NCBI GenBank assembly: GCA_012295275.1
Contig: CM022677.1
Coordinates: 11,346,001 to 11,410,000, forward strand
Source of the DNA: Chrysomallon squamiferum
Taxonomy: Eukaryota; Animalia; Mollusca
Reading direction: 5' to 3'
DNA length: 64,000 bases
The notes beneath the pieces are model-generated. The model did no database searches, was not told the DNA's origin, and saw only the letters and a program-made list of their open reading frames with translations. Made by a program: the position numbers and the translations under genes. Numbering within the stretch: the first letter of the stretch is position 1; each line of letters starts with the position of its first letter. Shown here in pieces: positions 59,127 through 64,000 of the stretch.

Positions 59127-60351
59127 GTAAGTCAGACAAAAGACAGATCAGTAGATTTTATATATTTTTTATTTGTTTTAATGAAGAAAAATAGAATTTT
59201 AAATAATTATTTAAAAATATGTAATAGAAACATGAATAGTAATAATAGCAACAGCAACAACCACCACCACCACAACAATAAGAAAAATAATAATTAAAAT
59301 AAAACAAACCTGTAAAAACCTGTACTTCATTTCTTGATTCTGTTTTATAAAAATTCCATGATATTCCTGAAAAATGTACATTCCAAATGCACAGACATCA
59401 AGTTGGTGGTAATTATGTTATAAATTGCCATTGATCAGGAAGAAGCAGATGTAAATCCTTACAACTCTGTTTCCTACCAGTCAAAACTTTATATATGAAA
59501 TGACACAGAAGTTATTAGTTTCCTTGTCAGTGTTGCAGCATCATACGATTGTCTGAATTATTTCGTTCAGGATTCAAATCTGATATATATATATTTTTTT
59601 ATGAATTAATTATATCATCTCATTCAAAACATTAGCAATTTATTATTATTAATTAATTAAAATTCTCGTTATCTTTTGGGATTAAAAGATTATTATTGTG
59701 GATAAATTTAATGTTGTAGCCAGATTATTAACTTATATTTTTAATCAAATCTAAAATTAGATGTATAGAATCAGTTCTAAGTGTTCCAAAAAAGTAATGC
59801 AGTTTGTAATCAAAATGATTGAATTCACATACCTAGTGGAGAGTGACATTAACTTTTTGTTATTAGAAATGAAAAGCATTGGTATCTGTTATGATATAGT
59901 TATCATGTGTCTGTAAATTATTTTTTAGTTCATTCTATCAAGTTCTGTCAAATTGTTGTGATTCACTAACAGTTCTTAAAAATAATCATTTGTCCTTATT
60001 GTGGGATTTTTGACAATGATTTATGATTAGCAAGTCTGGTTATACCTTCAGTTGAAATGGCTCATTGGTCATTCTCTCTAACCTTTTTTCCCCTAGTTTT
60101 CAATTATGTTTATTTAAATCATGTAGAGTTTTTGCATGTATATGCATTTTATTTATACTGACATTTTATATGATGCTGAGATTTCCTTATTTCAGTCATT
60201 GCAGACATTAGTTAAATTAGTTCAGGAAACATGTTTTAAGTTCAGCAGTTCATGTTGCATCCATCATTTTCCTTAACTAGCAAAATATCAGCAATATCCA
60301 GATTTGTTTTCCCATTAGGACAGCTGTCTCAACTGTATATTTTTATTTCAG

Positions 60352-62375
60352 TTCACCAACTTATCAGATGAAGAAGTCAAAGTAAGTACATATTAATGAG
60401 ATCTTTCAGTGTGATAAACAATACATATGTGAAAAATGATTATTTATTCAGTTAGTGTAATGTTTTGGAGATGGTGTATGATTTTAGTTTTTATTAAATG
60501 TAGTAATAATTTTTCTTCTTACACATTTATCTTTAACTTATTATACTAGACAATCTTCACACAGTTTAGTCTGAAAATGAAATAACAAGCTTATGAAAAG
60601 TGATAGTTTTCCTGTTTAAAAAGCCATATTTTAGATACAAATGTTAAAAATCAAACAAACACACACACACTCACTAAAGTACACACAGAATATGTATCTC
60701 TTGCTCAGACTATCAGGGAATTTTTGTTTCCTATTTACAAAATAATGTCTAACTAATGAAATGTCTGCTTATTATTTTATTAACATACTTTATTATTTTC
60801 AGTGTAATGTGACTTGAATGTTCTTACATTAACGTTTGATTGAATGTATATATTACATTTTATTTTTGGTATTTTAACTACACTAAGTTCCTGACCTTCA
60901 AGATGGACAAATTAACTCAAGAGCAGAGAAAAGAGAGTCCAGAAAGGTCATGGGACATTGCTGAAAAGAACATGGACTAAGAACTACATGGCTTAAGGAA
61001 TGATGTTGAGGTATGTGTGAAATCAGTTCATAAAGAAAAACAGATCTTATGTTAATTTTGTTGAAGGTGTTTCTGAATGAAAAATTCTACTTTACCTTTA
61101 ATTATGTGAATCAAATTCATCTTTATTTTAGATATGTTTTTTATCTCTTTAGATTATTTTTCAGTAAATAATTTGAATTGATAACTGCATCATTAAATCT
61201 CATTAGAATACAAACCAAAAGATTTAAAAAAGGTTATGTTTCAATTTTTAGTTTACTATAATTATATTGATTCATGCAGACTTAATTTACTGAATCATTT
61301 AATAACAAGGAAATGTCAGTATTTACTGAATGACATTCAGATCTTTCATCATGTATTTATAGGAACTGAAGAAACCAATATACTAATCTGTGGATTTAAA
61401 CTGTTTATTTTCAGAAGTTAAATCAGCTAGTTAATGATAAAAATATTCAAGAAATTGTTTCTAAATACAAACTGGGATTGACATTTTGGAACAAACAGCA
61501 GCACAAGTCTCCAGTAGAGTTGAAGTATTTGGTGCTGTCCAGCAGGTATTTAAATACATTATTCATTTTATTTCAGTTTTAAATATTTCTTCAGTCTATC
61601 ACAAAATTCTTTGCAAAATAGTTTTCTTACATTGAATTAAGCAACTTACATAAAAATGTAATTTATTTGTTTTTGTAAAATCATGAAAATGATTAGCAAT
61701 TATTGTATACTGATGCTTTGTCTGCACATAATATCTCATTTATTGAAAGAATCCATAGAATCACTAAGGACTAATTATTTGTTTAGTTGTAAAGACACCT
61801 ACCTGCCTGTCTGATTTTAAGATTCTTTTTACTTTACTCTAAATTTTTTTTACTTCATTTTATTTATTTATTTTGATTTATTTATTTATAAAAGGAGCAA
61901 TAATTAATAACCAGAGAATTCTACAAGTAAAAGTCAGTTCAAATATAATTTTTTGTGTTTTTGTAGGAGGTGAGACTCAGTTGTACATTGGAGGTAATGG
62001 TTGCTCATGTTGGGAACATTAAACAATCACACAAAAAATATCAGACAGAACTTGAAGATACCAAGTAAGTTAACACTCTTTTCTTATCCATTCACATGTG
62101 TCACCTCTTTAACTGACAAAGATGATTATGATATTTGTATAAAAAGTAAGGTGAAAAGTAATTAGAATGTAATATTTTTGTCAGAAGCTAATGTTAATTG
62201 CTTGCATTTTTTATTTTTTTTATTTTATTAGCCCTAATCAGATAAACATTGATGAAAAAGGCTGTTAATTCAGATATTTGTAAGAAAAAATAATGTAAAT
62301 TATTTGTTGCTGAATTGAAAGCTCTTAAGAATTAAAGATGGCATTGTGTTGGCTTTTTTTTGTTCTTTTTTATTA

Positions 62376-62408
<33 letters not shown>

Positions 62409-64000
62409 CAAAATAATGATTTAATTTCAGGAAACAGTTAATGGCAGTGAAAAAGCCTTTTGGCAGCAATTTTACAGAAATAGGTAATGTCATTAGCAAT
62501 TCTTAGTCAACAATCTATGAATTTTACAAATTTGATAAATTATTAAATATGATTGGGAAATAAAATGCATGTTTATGTTAGTGTTTCAACACTAAAGAAG
62601 ACAATTTATAATGTGAAAGTTTGATTGTTTTTTGTTTTTGTTGTTGTAGTAGTTTGTGGGGGGGTCCTGTTTTTTTAATTAAAAATATAATCTATATAGC
62701 TGTTGTTATATTTTATTTATTTTTATTAATTAAGAATGAGTTTAATTTGTTTTGGTCCAGGTTCTAAAAGATCCATGTCTATGTGTGGATTGAATGCTGC
62801 TCTAAAGGTATGTTTTATTCATTCACTTTTGTGTTTATAGCTCATTTCATTAAGAATAAATTTAATCAAACAGCATGCTGACAATTTGTTTTTAATTACA
62901 GAATAGTATTGATAGTTTTATATAAATTGTTCACAAAGCATGCCTATTTGCTTGATATTTTAAATGATTAGTTTAGCTAGTACAGAATCAATGTAATAAT
63001 GGTTTATGCACCAACAAACCTTGTAATAATTTACATGTCAGCCTAATAGAGTAGTGAACAGAACACTTGTATACATTTGTAATTTACTTTTATTAATACT
63101 TCACTCTATTATGAAATATATACATTTAATACTTTATGTGGTAGGGCTAAAGATATTTACAATATTTTGAAATTTGGTATATGGATGGAACTGGCTTGAA
63201 AGATTTTGCTTATTTTGTTATTTTTATCACCTGCAAGTGTAATGTTGTCTTTGTTTTAAATACATTTTGAAATATACATAATGGATTCATTATTGTAACT
63301 ATTAGCTGAATTAAGATAATTGTGGTTTATTTATAAGACAAAATATATTTCATTAGTGGCAAAAATTAAATTATAAATTAAATATTTTAATTATTCAAAT
63401 AATTTGTTATTAATGATGTAACTATAATGATTATTAAAGGTTAAAGATTGTCAGAATAATCTCAAATGTATTTTCATCATGTTAGTATTTCAAGTAGAAT
63501 CAGTATTAGAAGAACATTTTCTTATTGGCTAATGTAATAGCTATGTAGGTTTAAAATATTTATTTACTTAATAATCCTGGCAATCATCTTAAACTGGAAA
63601 TATTGTTCATAATCTCTTTTACTGGTGTATTGCTCTTTTAATCGTTTTATACCAAAGTTAAAAAATAAGATTCAAATTAAGAATAATAAAAACATTTAAT
63701 AAATTGCTTTTATTATTAAAATTGTATGGAAAAATATACAAATGTGTCTAAAACTCTTCTTGCTAACACAGTGAAATACAGTTAGAGCTGACAACAGAAA
63801 TACTACTTGCACTTTATTTTATGTTTAGTTTATTAATGAATATTATATTTTGTTGTAGGATCCTAGACAACAGGTTCAAGCTGCCTCATCCAGCCCTTCA
63901 GTTGCAAATGTTGTAAGACACATTTTCAGAAAAGGTTCAGTAGAACACCAGAATGTTATTACATCACAGTCTTCCCTGTCCAGAGAAAGCTCAACACTTT
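60352..64000 (+). pseudogene. IRAG/LRMP-like: Multi-exon IRAG/LRMP (MRVI1/JAW1)-family coiled-coil gene with a nonsense codon and frameshift; runs off the window
   Basis: GT-AG exons: 60352-60381 FTNLSDEEVK; ~60888-61010 FLTFKMDKLTQEQRKESPERSWDIAEKNMD*ELHGLRNDVE; 61415-61545 KLNQLVNDKNIQEIVSK/(fs)QTGIDILEQTAAQVSSRVEVFGAVQQ; 61967-62064 EVRLSCTLEVMVAHVGNIKQSHKKYQTELEDT; 62431-62483 KQLMAVKKPFGSNFTEI; 62761-62807 SKRSMSMCGLNAALK; 63859- DPRQQVQAASSS.... Matches the remembered family pattern AFKxDxxTLExR..ERSRDLAEEN..E / AARVxSRAExxGAxxQExRxSKAxEVMxxHVENLK..ELEE / RSMS, with consistent splice phases. Confidence 0.85.

Overview
AT-rich, microsatellite-saturated eukaryotic (invertebrate-like; possibly molluscan, by inference) genomic DNA. 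Nearly all supplied ORFs are simple-repeat artefacts. The first ~40 kb is one giant inverted duplication with arms ~1013-21240 and 21441-~40232, centred on a 200-N scaffold gap. At the centre sit two head-to-head copies of an unusual gene: a 38-aa RKRK-containing tandem repeat, an intact TOPORS-type C3HC4 RING finger, and a basic plus hydrophobic C-terminal tail. Both 5' ends are lost in the gap. Each arm also carries: a small 13-aa-repeat ORF (DPFDDRDIQPMEV)n; a decayed pogo-like transposon remnant with a PHD finger; two copies of an older direct duplication bearing an ETS/YY1/CRE promoter-like module; and an older nested fold-back at its outer end. By-eye arm identity falls from ~99% at the centre to ~88% at the tips. 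Beyond 40.2 kb are a 71/67-bp satellite array, an internally deleted hAT (Buster/Charlie-type) element, a GC-rich island of interleaved inverted repeats, and dispersed copies of arm modules. At ~60.3-64 kb is a spliced IRAG/LRMP (MRVI1/JAW1)-family coiled-coil gene, absent from the ORF track, with a nonsense codon and a 1-bp frameshift. All identities are by-eye estimates and family calls are from remembered sequence motifs, not searches. A false haplotypic duplication across the gap cannot be excluded from this window.
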